A stretch of 64,000 nt of DNA from Phycisphaerae bacterium. Lineage in GTDB: Bacteria > Planctomycetota > Phycisphaerae > UBA1845 > Fen-1342. The notes under the pieces were generated by a model. That model was not told the origin of the DNA, searched no databases, and worked only from the letters and a program-made list of their open reading frames with translations. The translations under genes and the position numbers were made by a program. This document shows, piece by piece, positions 49,061-61,655 of this stretch (its first letter is position 1; each line of letters begins with the position of its first letter). The stretch lies in assembly GCA_963666925.2 (NCBI GenBank), contig CAXXTC010000007.1, positions 96,001 to 160,000 of the forward strand, read 5' to 3'.

Positions 49061-49504
49061 TTACAGCGGAAACGGCTCAGGCTGCTGAGCCTGATGCGGA
49101 TGTTCGGTCCCGGTGTACAGCTTCAACTTCGTCAGCATCTTCCGCGCCAGCGCGTTCTTCGGCAACATTCGCCGGACGGCCTCATGCAGAACACGCGTCG
49201 GATGACGCTGGAGCATAGTCTCCATGTCCATCTCGTGCAGGCCGCTCGGGTGACCGCTGTAACGCTGATACACCACTTCCTGCTTCTTCCGCGAACCGGT
49301 GACTTTCACCTGGCCCGCGTTCAGGACAATCACAAAATCGCCGGTGTCGACGTGCGGCGTATAAATGGGCTTGTGCTTGCCCATCAGCACCGTCGCGATC
49401 TTCACCGCCAGCCGCCCGAGCACCTGGTCCTTTGCATCAACAATGAACCAACGCCGGTCAATTTCGGCGGGTTTGGCGAGATAACACTGATTCGCAGTCT
49501 TCAT
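49061..49504 (-). CDS. rplM: 50S ribosomal protein L13
   Basis: WFIVDAKDQVLGRLA, GKHKPIYTPHVDTGD, HPHQAQQP. Confidence 0.97.
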   Translation of the reverse strand: MKTANQCYLAKPAEIDRRWFIVDAKDQVLGRLAVKIATVLMGKHKPIYTPHVDTGDFVIVLNAGQVKVTGSRKKQEVVYQRYSGHPSGLHEMDMETMLQRHPTRVLHEAVRRMLPKNALARKMLTKLKLYTGTEHPHQAQQPEPFPL

Positions 49505-49873
49505 GACACAATCCACCTGTACGGGGCCTGGCCCCGGGACAAAAGTCGGAATCTCGCAGTATACGCATTCCGAACCCGTCGTCAAGCTGCCAACTGCCAT
49601 ACCTCCTCCCATAAACCATAAACCTCCCGCCACCGACCACGCCCACCGGGGTTCCAGCTCCCCCGGGCCATACAGACCGAACGACTAAACGCTCAACTTC
49701 TTCCAACTCCTTATCATGTCCAATGTTATGGCGATTACGCCACGCTCAGGCATCTCCGCCATCCGCCTCCATCACCCCCGCCCGGTGGACGCCGAACCAC
49801 GCCGACAGTACCGTGTTCGTTGGGACCTCATCCCGCTACGCGGCACGGGGCGGAGACTGATAAGGAGATCCAC

Positions 49874-51932
49874 ATGTTCAGCCTGTTGGCAATACTGGGG
49901 CTCGTTATGCTTTGGCTGGCAACGGCCCGATTCGCCGCCCCCGCGGCCACCCCACGCCCATTCACCGTCCACGACCTCATGGCCATGGAGCGGATCAGCG
50001 ATCTGCAAATGGACCCCGCCGGTACCCGGGCCGCCTTCGTCGTCCGCCGAACCGACCTCGACGCCAACAAGGGCGTCAACGATATCTGGATCACCAACAC
50101 TGACGGAAGCGGGCAACGCCGCCTGACCACCCACCCTGCCGGCAGCGCCAGCCCCCGCTGGTCGCCCGACGGCACGCACATCTACTTCCTTTCCGCTCGC
50201 GGCGACCGCAACCAGGTCTGGAAGATCCCCGTCGACGGCGGCGAGGCTGTTGCGATTACCGATCTCCCACTCGACGTCGGCTCGTTCGCGCTGTCGCCCG
50301 ACGGCGCCTTTCTCGCAGTCAGCCTCGAAATCTTCCCCGACGCCCCCCGGCCGGCCGACACCCGCCAGCGCCTCGACGAAATCGAAAAACGCAAAGCCAG
50401 CGGACGCATCTACGAAGAGCTGTTCATCCGCCACTGGGACACCTGGAAAGACGGGCGCCGCGCCCAACTCTTCATCGTGCCAACCACGGGCGGAGAACCC
50501 GTTCACCTCACCCGTGGACTGGACGCCGACGTGCCGTCCAAACCCTTCGGCGGACCCGAGGAATACACCTTCACCGCCGACAGCAAGTCAGTCGTCTTTG
50601 CCGCTGCCGCCGCCGGCATCGCCGAAGCCTGGTCGACCGCGTACAACATCTACGTCGTCCCCATCACCGGCAAAGAAAAGCCCAAGCTGATCGTCGACGG
50701 CCAAGACGCACTGGTCACTTGCCCGGCCTTCTCGCCCGACGGCAAAACGCTCGCCTACCTGATGATGAAACGCCCCGGCTACGAGGCCGACCGACTGCGC
50801 ATCGCGCTCAAGGAATGGCCCGCCGGAGAAACACGCGTGCTCACCGAGGAATGGGACCGCTCGCCCCATAAAATCATCTGGTCGCGAGACGGCCGCTGGA
50901 TCTACACCGCCGCCGACGACGTCGGCCAGCACCCGCTTCTCGCCGTCGATGTCGCTACCGGCGCCGTCGAAAAAATCGTCCCCACCGGCAAGGTCACAGA
51001 GATCGGCGCCGGCGCAGATCGGCTGATCGTCGGCGTCTGCCACCACCGCGCCCCCCGTCGAACTCCACACCGTCGACCTCGCCGGCCAGGACATGCAACC
51101 GATAACATCCTTCAACGCCCAACGCCTGACCGAGGTCACCTTCGGCGAGCCCGAGCAGTTCACCTTCAAAGGCTGGAACGACGAAAAGGTCCACGCGTGG
51201 ATGGTTCGGCCGGCCAACTTCGACGAGAAAAAGAAGTACCCCGTCGCGTTCCTCATCCATGGCGGCCCCCAGGGCTCGTTCGGCAACGATTTCCATTACC
51301 GCTGGAACCCCCAGGTCTACGCCGGCGCCGGCTACGCCGCCATCATGGTCGACTTCCACGGCTCCACCGGCTACGGCCAGGAGTTCACCGACGCCATCTG
51401 CAACCACTGGGGCGATCGGCCGCTCGAAGACCTCCAGAAGGGCCTCGCCGCAGCCCTCGAACGTTACCCGTGGATGGACCGCAACCGCGTTGCCGCCCTG
51501 GGTGCTTCTTACGGCGGCTACATGATCAACTGGCTCCACGGCGTCTGGTCTGAGCCGTTCAAGTGCCTCGTATGTCACGACGGCAACATCGACGAGCGGA
51601 TGGCCTACTACGACACCGAAGAGCTGTGGTTCCCCGAGTGGGAACGTGGCGGCCCGCCCTGGGAGCAGCCCGAGGCCTATGCCGCTCACAACCCCATCGA
51701 CCACGTCGACAAGTGGCGTCTGCCAACGCTCGTCATCCACGGCGCCAACGATTACCGCGTCGTCGATACGCAGGGCATCTCAACCTTCACAGCCCTGCGC
51801 CGCCGGGGCATTCCCAGTCGCCTGCTGTACTTCCCCGACGAGAATCACTGGGTCCTCAAGCCCCACAACAGCATCCAGTGGCACGAGGAAGTCATCGGCT
51901 GGCTGAACAAATACTGCGGCAACGAAGCGTAG
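49874..51932 (+). CDS. S9-family (dipeptidyl/acylaminoacyl) peptidase, frameshift at the C-run 51051-51056
   Basis: Signal peptide, WD40-like propeller (PRWSPDG), IHGGPQG, GASYGG, DYRV, FPDENHW. Confidence 0.9.
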
Positions 51933-51972
51933 GGTTCCTCACCCCGTTGTTACGTTGTCACGCCCCCCCGAC

Positions 51973-52105
51973 GTGCCACTGCTCTGTGAGCAGTGGGATT
52001 TCAAATGTCGACAACGTATATGCATGTGCCACTGTTTCGAAAGCAGCAGCCCGCCCCCTTGTGGCACCGGTTTTTAACCGGTGGGTCGTGCCGGCGACGA
52101 ACCCC
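51973..52105. repeat. Composite REP array
   Basis: GTGCCACTGCTCTGTGAGCAGTG (51973-51995), GTGCCACTGTTTCGAAAGCAGC (52026-52047), GTGGCACCGGTTTTTAACCGGTG (52061-52083). Confidence 0.85.
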
Positions 52106-52121
52106 AATGCCGATATATCAC

Positions 52122-53872
52122 CTATCCCGGCGCGTGGATGCGCAACCCGACCAGCGTCAGATCATCGACCTGCTCGGCCAGCCCGACAAAACGCCGCACG
52201 TCCCAGACGATATTGTCGAGCACCTGTTGCAGTGGGAGCTGTCCGTAGGCGCGTAGCGCCTGGTGCAATCGTTCGCGGGTGAACATCTCGTCGGCGAAGT
52301 TACGCGCCTCGCAGGCCCCATCCGTATAGAGCAACAGCAGATCATTCGGCCGTAGCTCCAGCGTATGGTCTCGGTATGCCAGGTCCGGCTCGATGCCGAG
52401 CACCAGGTCGGCCTCTTCGGTTTCCTGAACTTCACCGTCGCGCAGCAGCAGCAGCGGCTCATGGCCGGCGTTGGCATAGGTCAGTTGCCGGGCGTCGTTG
52501 TCGAGCGCAACGAGCAAAAGCGTAACGAACTCGCGCGGCAGCGTATCCGCGAATATCAGCTTGTTAAGTTGCGTGAGCAGTTCGGCCGGGCTCAGGCAGA
52601 AAACCGCCGCCGAGCGGAGCGCACCGCGCACCGTGCACATCAGCAGCGATGCGGGGATGCCTTTGCCGACCACGTCGCCGACCAGCGCTACCAGACGCTG
52701 ATCACTCAGCTCCAGCCGATCGCAGAAATCGCCCGCCACCTCGAACGTCGGATGAAACGCGAACGCCGTCTCGACCAGCGGGTGCTCGGGCGCCGGCCCG
52801 CGGATCAGCCGCGCCTGCAAATCGCCGGCCAGGGCCAGTTGCCGTTGCGTCTCGGCGTTGCGCAGCCGCTCCTCGACGAGCTGGGCGTGGACGATGGCGG
52901 TCGCCGCTTGGTAGGCCACGGCGCGTAGCAGGTCACGCTGTGCCTTGCGAAAACGCCGCCGGCGCTTGGTATACACCCGCAGGATGCCGACCGCGCTGCC
53001 GCGATAAACCATCCCCGCGGTAAGCATGCTGACGATCCCCTCCCGGCGGGCCTGGTCGGGGTAGATAGTACGCGGGTCGTTCGCGACGTCTTCGAGGTAC
53101 ACCACCTCGCCGCGCAGCGCCCGGTCGGCCACACCCTGGTCCGTGCGTATGACGGCGCCCTTGTCGACGTACTCGGGCGAGAGGTTGTGCAGCGCCTTGA
53201 TCGTCAGCTCGTTGGTTTTCGGATCGTACAGCCGAATGCTCGCGAAGGGGCAATCCATCACGCGCGCGGTTTCGGCCACGAGCCGGTTGAGCACCTCCTG
53301 GAGATCCTGCTTGCCGGTGAGCAGGGCGGCGATGTCGCCGACCAGCGCCACCTCGGCCGCCGCGGACGCCAGCCGGGCTTCGCGCCGCCCCCCATTCCGC
53401 CAGTTGCCGCGCCCCCCAGCGCGCCACGATTACCGCGTGCGACTGCACCCCACGATCCAGCAGCGGCAGCGACTCCCACGCCGCCAGCAACGTATCGTGG
53501 TCGAGCGGCCGGGCCGAGTCCGGTTGTTCCCAGTCGGCCGTTACCGGGGTCTGCTCGCGAAACTCGCCGACAGCCACGAAACCCGCCTCATGATCGTCAA
53601 CGTACACCGGCGCGACGATGTACCAAACCCCACGCGACTGCACGAAACTCACCCCGCGCCGGCGGATCATGTGCCGGCACTGGTATCATCGTCATGTCAC
53701 CCGGCAGGTTGCCCATCGCGTGTCCCGTCAGCCGGGCAAAGCTGTTGTTCCCCGCCGACGCCACGATCAGCTCCCCATGCACGTCATACACACAGATCCG
53801 GCAGCCCGAGCTGCGCGCCAGCCCGCTGACAAAATCCTCCAGCCAGGTTATCTCGATCAGTTCGCGGATCAT
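52122..53872 (-). CDS. PocR-like/GAF/SpoIIE (RsbU-type PP2C) phosphatase, two frameshifts (~53390, ~53660)
   Basis: Three overlapping ORFs join up. VAGDFCD, GDVVGKG, NAGH, YTDG, DDLTL. Confidence 0.85.
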
Positions 53873-54057
53873 TGCTCGGCCTGCGCGGGTATTGGGGGAC
53901 GGTACCACTTCGGCCCCCGTGAGAGCTTGGCATTATTGCCGACCGCGGCCGCCCAGCCAAGGGGACGCCCGGGTTGGCGGGAAATGCCCGCTGGCGTACA
54001 CTGCACCGCCGCGGCCGCTATGACGGCGACCACGCAGTGTTTTCTGGAGCGATCCGC

Positions 54058-55219
54058 ATGAAAGTTCACGAATATCAGGCCCGAAATCTGCTTGAGGAAG
54101 CCGGCATTCCGGTCCCTCCCAGCCAGGTCATCGACGATGCCGGACAGGCTGCTCAGGCCTTTCGCGCCCTCGCCGCCGACACAGTCGTAATCAAGGCCCA
54201 GGTCCACGCCGGCGGCCGCGGCAAGGCCGGCTACGTCAAGCTCATCAACACCCCCGAGCAGGCCACCGAGAACGCCACCCGCATGTTTGCCAACCCGATG
54301 GTCTCCAAACAAACCGGCCCGGAAGGCATCCCCGTTCGCAAAATCCTCCTCGCCGGCGCCGTCGACATCGCCCGCGAGTTCTACCTGGGCGTCGTCCTCG
54401 ATCGCGCCCAACGCACGCCCGTAATGATGGCCAGCGCCGAAGGCGGCGTCGAGATCGAGGAAGTCGCCGCTCGCAACCCCGACGCCATCAAGAAAGCCTG
54501 GTTCCACCCGCACATCGGCTTGCAGCCGTTCCAGGCCCGCGCCCTCGCCGCCGCCATTGGCCCTCACCGGCGCGCAGGCCAAGTCCACCGCAAAAATCAT
54601 GCTCCGCCTCGCCCGCCTGTTCATCGAAAAAGACTGCTCGCTGGCCGAGATCAACCCGCTGGTCGAAACCGCCGCCGGCGAAATCCTCGCCATCGACGCC
54701 AAGTTCAACTTCGACGACAGCGCCCTCTTCCGCCACGAGGACGTCGTCGCGCTGCATGATCCAAGCGAGGACAACCCCGCCGAACTCCACGCCAAGGAAT
54801 ACGACCTCAACTACATCGCCCTCGACGGGAACATTGGCTGCCTGGTCAACGGTGCCGGCCTGGCCATGTCCACCATGGACATCATCAAGCTGCACGGCGG
54901 CGAGCCGGCCAACTTCCTCGACGTCGGTGGCAGTGTTACAGCCGCCGGCGCTGTCGAGGCCTTCCGCATCATCCTGTCCGACCCCAAGGTCAACGCCGTA
55001 TTGGTGAACATCTTCGGCGGCATCGCCCGTTGCGACGTCATCGCCGATGCGCTCATTCAGGCCGGCCGCGAGGTCGGCTTCAAAGTCCCCGTGGTCGTCC
55101 GTCTCGAAGGTACCAACGTCGAACAGGCCCGCCAGATGCTCAACGCGGCCGACATCCAGGGCCTGGCGAGCGCCAGCGACCTGACCGACGCCGCCCGCCA
55201 GGTCTGTGCCTGTGTCTGA
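54058..55219 (+). CDS. sucC: Succinyl-CoA ligase beta subunit, frameshift near 54557-54563
   Basis: [52 protein letters not shown]. Confidence 0.95.
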
Positions 55220-55297
55220 CAAACCCGCCCGCTGGCGACCGACAGATCGGCGTCATTGAATGCACCCGACGCCGCCCGATTATGCGATGCCTAGCTC

Positions 55298-56848
55298 ATG
55301 AACGGTGACCTTCTCCAATTAGTCCAACGTTTTGCCGACGCACGCGTCCTGCTCGTCGGCGATTTCATGCTCGACCGCTACATCTTCGGCGACGCCGAGC
55401 GGATCAGCCCCGAGGCGCCGGTCCCCGTGCTGCGTGTGCATCGAGCGGCAGGACCGCGTCGGCGGAGCCGGGTCGGTGGCACTCAACGTCGCGGCCCTCG
55501 GCGCACGCGTAACCTGCTGTCGGCCTGCTGGGGCAGGATTCGCGTTCGGCGACCGCGTCGAGCAACGTCCCTGCGCGAGTGCTGGTTGCCGACACGCGCC
55601 GGTCTGGTGCGGGCTACAGCGACCGCCCCACCATCACCAAGACGCGCTCTGGTCGGTCTCGCAGAACACCGCCACCGCCAACAAATCCTTCGTGATCGAC
55701 GACGAAATTGTGCAGTCCGCCATCAACCGAACGACGAACGCCGCCTGCTTGGAGATTGCGCGCGAAACCGCGCTGATCCGAAGTCGGACTTGGTTTGCCT
55801 GGAGGACTACGCCAAGGGCGTGCCTTCTCGGCCGAGCGTTTGCCAATCGCTGATCGAGGCTCGCCCGCCGAGTCACAACAAGCCGGTCTTCGTCGACCCG
55901 GCCCGCTTGACAGCGCGTGGGAACGCTACGCCGGCGCAAACGCTGCTCACGCCGAACCGCGCCGAGCTCGAAATCGCAGTCGGCACAGCCGTGTCGAGCG
56001 ACCCGAAGAGCTTCCCGTCGGCGGCGCGCGAGCCTGCTCAAACGACTTCAACCTCGATTCGCGTTGCTGATCACGCTCGGGCCGCGACGGTGCGCTGCTG
56101 TTGCGGGCCGACGGTCAGGACCCGCAGCGTTTCCCCACCGATCCCGCGCGCCGTGTACGACAACACCGGTGCCGGCGATGCCGTCCTGGCGATGGCCGCG
56201 GTCGCCGCCGCCGCTCGGGCGCAACGCTCGAACAGTGCCGCTCAACTCGCCAACGTCGCCGGCGGACTCGAAGTCAGCAAGTTCGGCTGCGTGCCCGATC
56301 ACGCGCGACGAGGTGCTCGAGCGACCTCGCCAACGCACGGTGCCGCCGCGCGGTCGCGGCAAGCTGCGCAGCGTGGCCGAGCTCCAAGCCCGAGCTCGAG
56401 AGCCCGCCGCCAGCGGGGCGAAACGGTCGTGTTCACCAACGGCTGCTTCGACATCCTCCACCCCGGCCACGTTGCCCTGCTCGAACAAGCCAAAGCACTC
56501 GGCAGCCTGCTGGTCGTCGGCCTCAACAGCGACGCGTCGGTCCGCTTGCAGGGCAAGGGTGCTGATCGCCCGATCCGCTCCGAGCAGGATCGCGCCCGCA
56601 TGCTCGCCGCTCTCGAATGTGTCGACTACGTGACGTTTTTCGACGCCCTCGATCCCGGCGAGCTGATCGAACAGGTCGCCCCCGACGTGCTCGTCAAGGG
56701 CTCCGACTGGGCCGGCAAGGGCGTCATCGGACGCGAATTCGTCGAATCCCGTGGCGGCCGCGTCGCACTGATCGACCTCGTCGCCGGCTTCAGCACGACC
56801 GCCGAACTCGAACGCATCCGCGCCGCCGCCGCCGCCACGAGCGGCTGA
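55298..56848 (+). CDS. hldE: Bifunctional heptose-7-phosphate kinase / heptose-1-phosphate adenylyltransferase (multiple indels)
   Basis: GDFMLDRY, RISPEAPVPV, DYAKG, LTPNRAE, DNTGAGD, FTNGCFDILHPGH, LVKGSDW. Stretches of off-frame sequence lie between these motifs. Confidence 0.9.
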   Translation: MNGDLLQLVQRFADARVLLVGDFMLDRYIFGDAERISPEAPVPVLRVHRAAGPRRRSRVGGTQRRGPRRTRNLLSACWGRIRVRRPRRATSLRECWLPTRAGLVRATATAPPSPRRALVGLAEHRHRQQILRDRRRNCAVRHQPNDERRLLGDCARNRADPKSDLVCLEDYAKGVPSRPSVCQSLIEARPPSHNKPVFVDPARLTARGNATPAQTLLTPNRAELEIAVGTAVSSDPKSFPSAAREPAQTTSTSIRVADHARAATVRCCCGPTVRTRSVSPPIPRAVYDNTGAGDAVLAMAAVAAAARAQRSNSAAQLANVAGGLEVSKFGCVPDHARRGARATSPTHGAAARSRQAAQRGRAPSPSSRARRQRGETVVFTNGCFDILHPGHVALLEQAKALGSLLVVGLNSDASVRLQGKGADRPIRSEQDRARMLAALECVDYVTFFDALDPGELIEQVAPDVLVKGSDWAGKGVIGREFVESRGGRVALIDLVAGFSTTAELERIRAAAAATSG

Positions 56849-56900
56849 CGCCCCGATGTGCCGCGGTGATGCCGTTGTGCCCTTGCTCTTTGTGCTTCAT

Positions 56901-56992
56901 TGTGCCACTGCTCTGTGAGCAGTGGATTTCTTCCGGGTGGCATGTTTGCCCGTGCAAAACGTCACGACCGTACCACTGCTCTATGAGCAGTG
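56901..56992. repeat. REP family B copies
   Basis: TGTGCCACTGCTCTGTGAGCAGTG (56901-56924) and GTACCACTGCTCTATGAGCAGTG (56970-56992). Confidence 0.85.
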
Positions 56993-57023
56993 CATTCAAG
57001 ACCGAATCCTCAGGTACCGCACT

Positions 57024-57587
57024 ATGTCCGACTGGAACACCGTCCTCGGCGAACACCAACAGGTCGTCTCCAACCTGACCGACCAGCAGCCCGCGCTCGA
57101 CGCCATCGCCGACGCCGTCGTCGATTGCCTCCGTGCCGGTCGGCGCGTCTACACCTTCGGCAACGGCGGCAGTGCGGCCGACGCCCAGCACATCGCCTGC
57201 GAGCTACTCGGCCGGTTCAAGTGTGATCGCACCGCGCTGCCCGCCCTGGCGCTCTCGACCGACAGCTCCACGCTGACGGCGATCGCCAACGATCTCGGCT
57301 ACGAGCGCATTTTCGCCCGTCAGCTCGAGGGCCTGCTCCAGCCCCAGGACATCGCCTGGGCGCTCAGCACCAGCGGCAACTCGCCCAACATCCTCGCCGC
57401 CCTCGACGTCGCCCGCGACCGCGGCGCCGCCACCGTCGGCTTCACCGGCCAGACCGGCGGCAAGATGGCCCCATTGTGCGACTACCTCTTCCGCGTGCCG
57501 CACATGTCGAGCGACCGCATCCAGGAAGCTCACCTGCTGGCCTATCACTACGTCTGCCAGCGCGTCGAGAGCAACTTCGCCCAATGA
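57024..57587 (+). CDS. gmhA: D-sedoheptulose-7-phosphate isomerase
   Basis: GNGGSAADAQH, TAIANDLGY, STSGNSPN, RIQEAH. Confidence 0.96.
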   Translation: MSDWNTVLGEHQQVVSNLTDQQPALDAIADAVVDCLRAGRRVYTFGNGGSAADAQHIACELLGRFKCDRTALPALALSTDSSTLTAIANDLGYERIFARQLEGLLQPQDIAWALSTSGNSPNILAALDVARDRGAATVGFTGQTGGKMAPLCDYLFRVPHMSSDRIQEAHLLAYHYVCQRVESNFAQ

Positions 57588-57967
57588 CCCCCGCAGCGCT
57601 CGCCAACCTCTTCGTCAGCGCCAATCACATCGAAGCCGGCCTGTGGATTCTCATCGGCCTCGCATTCCTGCTCGCCGCCGCCCGCACCGGCCCACGCCGC
57701 ACCACCTGTCTGGCGGCGGCCGTCGCGTTCAGTCTCTTCGGCCTATCGGACCTTATCGAAGCCCGCACCGGCGCCTGGTGGCGGCCCTGGTGGCTGCTGT
57801 TATGGAAAGCCGGCTGCATAGCGGCCCTACTCTGGCTAGGCTGGTCCCACTGGCGCCAACGCCCCCCGCAACAACCGCACCACCTAGCGCATTGTCGACG
57901 AACTCGTAGCGTCCGAACATCCAGGCGCCATGGAGAATACACCGGGGAGGCCGTTACGATTAAGTAG
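57584..57967 (+). CDS. Small membrane protein
   Basis: ATGA overlap with gmhA, three hydrophobic segments, FGLSDLIE...GAWWRPWWLLLWK. The 3' end is uncertain. Confidence 0.65.
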   Translation: MTPAALANLFVSANHIEAGLWILIGLAFLLAAARTGPRRTTCLAAAVAFSLFGLSDLIEARTGAWWRPWWLLLWKAGCIAALLWLGWSHWRQRPPQQPHHLAHCRRTRSVRTSRRHGEYTGEAVTIK

Positions 57968-57975
57968 AACTTGCT

Positions 57976-59492
57976 CTAGCGTGCGGTGCGGAAGAGGAGA
58001 ATCGACAGGTCCATGGCGAGCGAGCGGTGCTTTACGTAGTAGAGATCGTGGCAAAGCTGACGGTGGGCGTCGGCGATGTTGCTGCCGGGCTGACAACGCG
58101 TCTGCGACCAGCCGGTCAGGCCGGGGCGGACGAGGTGACGCAGACAATAATGCGGCAGGAACTGTTCGAGTCGGCGAACCTGCTCGGGCCGCTCGGGCGG
58201 CGGGCCGACCAGGGACATGTCGCCGCGAATGACGTTCCAGAGTTGAGGGATCCGGGCCAGATGCGTATGACGCAGGAGCCGGCCGACGCGGGTCAGGTTT
58301 GAATCGTCGGCGGCATCCGCAGGCCGAGCATCGGGCGATTTGCGTGTCCGTCAACTCGGCATCCGGCGGCGTGGTGCGGAAGCTGTACATGGTGAACCGC
58401 CGGCCGTGCTGGCCGACGCGCGTTTGTTCACAGATGATCGACCCGCGGTCCTGGAGCCGAAGGGCGAGCGCGCTCAGCAGCCCGAGCGGGGCGGCGATGA
58501 TGAGGCCGGCGGCGGCGATGGCGATGTCCAGCAGGCGCTTGACGCCGTCGTAGTTGGCGTGGCCCAGCAGGTCGGCCCGCAGCAGCCAGTCGGCCGCAAT
58601 ACTCTCGGCGGGGACGGTGCCCAGCAGCCGCTCTGTAAACGTGGCCTGGTCGGTCACGCGGCAACGGGCGGCGATGCTGGCGGAGACGGCCTGGCCGACT
58701 TCGAGGTCGGCGACGAGATCGGTGCCGATGACGACCTCGTCGACGTCCGCGGTTTCGAGGATGTCGGCCATCTGCCCCAGGTTTCCGAGGCAGGGGCAAA
58801 CCTGTTCGAACTCCAGCTCTTCGGTGCTCCGCAGACGCGGGCCGGGTTGGCCGGGTAGCAGGTTGAGGATGGCGGTGACAGAGCCGGGCTCGGCGCTCAC
58901 ATGCCCGATAACCTCAAAACGCTCCGCGTACGTGTCGAGCAGATCGACCAGCTTACGCAGCGACTCGGCGGCGCCGATGCAGAGCAGCCGAATGGGCTCG
59001 GCCGTGCTGATGTCATGGGCGTGGAGACGGAGCCGAAGTGTGCCACCGAGCCAGACCAGCCCCGCGGTCAGCGTCACCCACCAGCTCACGGACGCGGGGA
59101 TGATTGCCGCCAGTAGCGTCTGCGCCAGCAGCAGGCCGAGGGCGAGCGTGAAGACGCAGCGCAGCACAATTCGGCCACGCTCCAGGAGCGTTGCACGCTG
59201 GTATAGCCGACAAGTTACGCCCGCGACAATGAAGCCGCCGGCGACGATCAGACCAACGAGGCCGACGTCGGCGACGCTGATTAGCTGGCCGGTGGAAACG
59301 AACTGGCTAGCGTGCGTAGCGGCGGCGGTGAGAGCGATAATCAAGCCGTCGACAGCGAGCCAGGCCGGCGGGGTGAGCACGCGCAGCAGTCGGGTCAGTC
59401 CGGGCCGATCGGCGACGTGGTCCGGGGTGGACCAGCCGAGGTGGCGGGAATGCGATGTGGGGGTTGCTCGATGTTGCGTGCAGACTGTCCAT
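57976..59492 (-). CDS. Polyprenyl-phosphate sugar phosphotransferase (WcaJ/WbaP family), frameshifted
   Basis: TM region, KRLLDIA, QTRVGQHGRRF, then MSLVGPPPE, RPGLTGWSQ and DLYYV in another frame. Confidence 0.8.
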
Positions 59493-59653
59493 GATGTACG
59501 CCGGGCGCGCAGGGTGGCCCGGGGGGTACATCGGTCCGAAAACGGGGGCTCATGAATGGCGTGGGGTTATCGGTGCGACAAGCCCGTCCGTGCAGACACT
59601 TGAGAATCCACTGCTCAAGTGCAGGGACACGTCGAAGCGGTTTTTTGAACGGG

Positions 59654-61338
59654 TTAGGCCTTGGTGACGCGCAGAACTTCTTCGGGGGTGGTGAAGCCTT
59701 CGCGGCAGAGCCGCCAGCCTTCCTCACGCATCAGTACGAAGCCGTCATCCTTGCGGGCCGCCTGGAGGATCTGCCCGGTGCCGGCTTGGTTGAGGATCAG
59801 CTCGCGAACGGTGTCGGTCATGACCAGCAGTTCGTACAGCGCCCGGCGGCCGGCGAAGCCGGTGTTGCGGCACTCGGGGCAGCCGCGGCCGCGGTGCAGC
59901 ACGTCTCCGCGGTTGTAATTGAAGTCGCTGGGCAGCATGTTGGGGTTCTCGGGCTTGTACTCTTCCTTGCAGAACTTGCAGATGGTACGCACCAGACGCT
60001 GGGCCAGGACGGCCTCGACCGAGCTGGAGACCAGGAAGGGCTCGACACCCATGTCGAGCAGACGCGTCGTCGCGGTGACGGCGTCGTTGGTGTGCAGCGT
60101 GCTGAAAACCAGGTGGCCCGGTGAGCGATGCGTTGATAGCAACCTCGGCCGTCTCCAGGTCGCGAATCTCACCCACCAGGATGACGTCGGGGTCGTGACG
60201 CAGGAAGCTGCGCAACTGGCGGGCGAAGGTAAGCCCGATCTTGGGAAGAATCTGGGTCTGGTTGATGCCGTCGAGGTAATACTCGACCGGGTCCTCGATG
60301 GTAAGGATCTTGAGCTCGGGGCAGACGATGTCGCCGAGGGCGGCGTAGAGGGTCGTGGTTTTTCCGGAGCCCGTGGGGCCGGTGACGAGGATGATGCCGT
60401 GCGGCCGGCGGATCAGCTCGGAGAAGCGTTCGTGGTTCAAGCCCTCCATGCCCAGGTGGTGGAGTTCGAGCTGGACCGAAGAGCGGTCGAGGATACGCAG
60501 GACGATACCTTCGCCGAAGGCCATCGGGATGACCGACACACGCAGGTCGATCTCGCGGCTGTGACACTTGATCTTGAAGCCGCCGTCCTGGGGCATGCGC
60601 CGTTCGGCGATGTTTAGGTTGGAGAGGATCTTGATGCGGCTGATGATGGCGTTGCGGAAGCGTTCGATCTCGGGCGGTACGTTGGCGATGTGCAGCACGC
60701 CGTCGACGCGATAGCGCACGCAGAATTCATGCTCGAAGGGCTCAAAGTGGATGTCGCTGGCGCGCTGGTCGATGGGCTTCGAGGAGGATCTCGTTGACCA
60801 GCTTGACGACCGACGCCTCCTGGGCCATCTGGATGTCGAGGTCTTCCGACTCGACGCGGGTCTCGTCAATGATTTCGACGGCGCCGGCATCCTCGACCAT
60901 CTCCTGCAATACGTCGCCGCCGACGCCATAGAACGCCTTGATGAGCTTGTTGATCTCGGTACGCGTGGCCAGAACAGGCTCGACCGGCTCGTTGATGCAG
61001 GTCCGGACCTCGTCGAGGGCGTACATGTTGTAGGGATCGGAGGTGGCGACTTTGATGCCCTTGCCGTTGCGGCCCACCGGGATCAGGGCGTATTTGTGGA
61101 CCAGGCGGCGGGGGACAAGGGCCAGCAGTTCCTTGTCAATGTCCGCCTCCGACAACTCGATGACGGGGATCATGAGCTCTTCGCTGAAGACCTGAAGCAC
61201 GTCACGCTCAGATACCAGCTGCTGGCGAATGAGCACCTGGTCGATGCGTTCGGACGGCGAAACCCGGGCCTCCAGCGCCTTCGTGAGCTGCTCCCGCGTG
61301 ATGACCCCCTTCGTTACGAGCGTTTCGCCGATCGGCAT
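59654..61338 (-). CDS. Second GspE/PilB-family ATPase, two frameshifts (~60775, ~60120)
   Basis: [50 protein letters not shown] across three ORFs. Confidence 0.9.
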
Positions 61339-61655
61339 CTTATCGTCCTAAGCTATTGTACTACAGCATGTTACATGCCAGCCACAGCGTCCATACAGAC
61401 CGCTCCCGGCACCAGTTTTACCCGATTTGCGCCCGGCGGTTGCATCGCGGCTGAAAATATTTTCGGCCCAATCCGCAGTCGGCTCCGGTTGGGGGCGGTG
61501 GGGGCGTGGCAGTTCACCAGCGATGCGGGGCGGTGGACAGGCCGCCCCGGGTGGGATCCCGGTCCCGGTATCGGGGACGCGACTGGGTGGCGGGGGTTAC
61601 CCGACTGGGTTCGGCCACGCTACTGTTATTTCTCACCCTGTTTCCATCTTATCAC

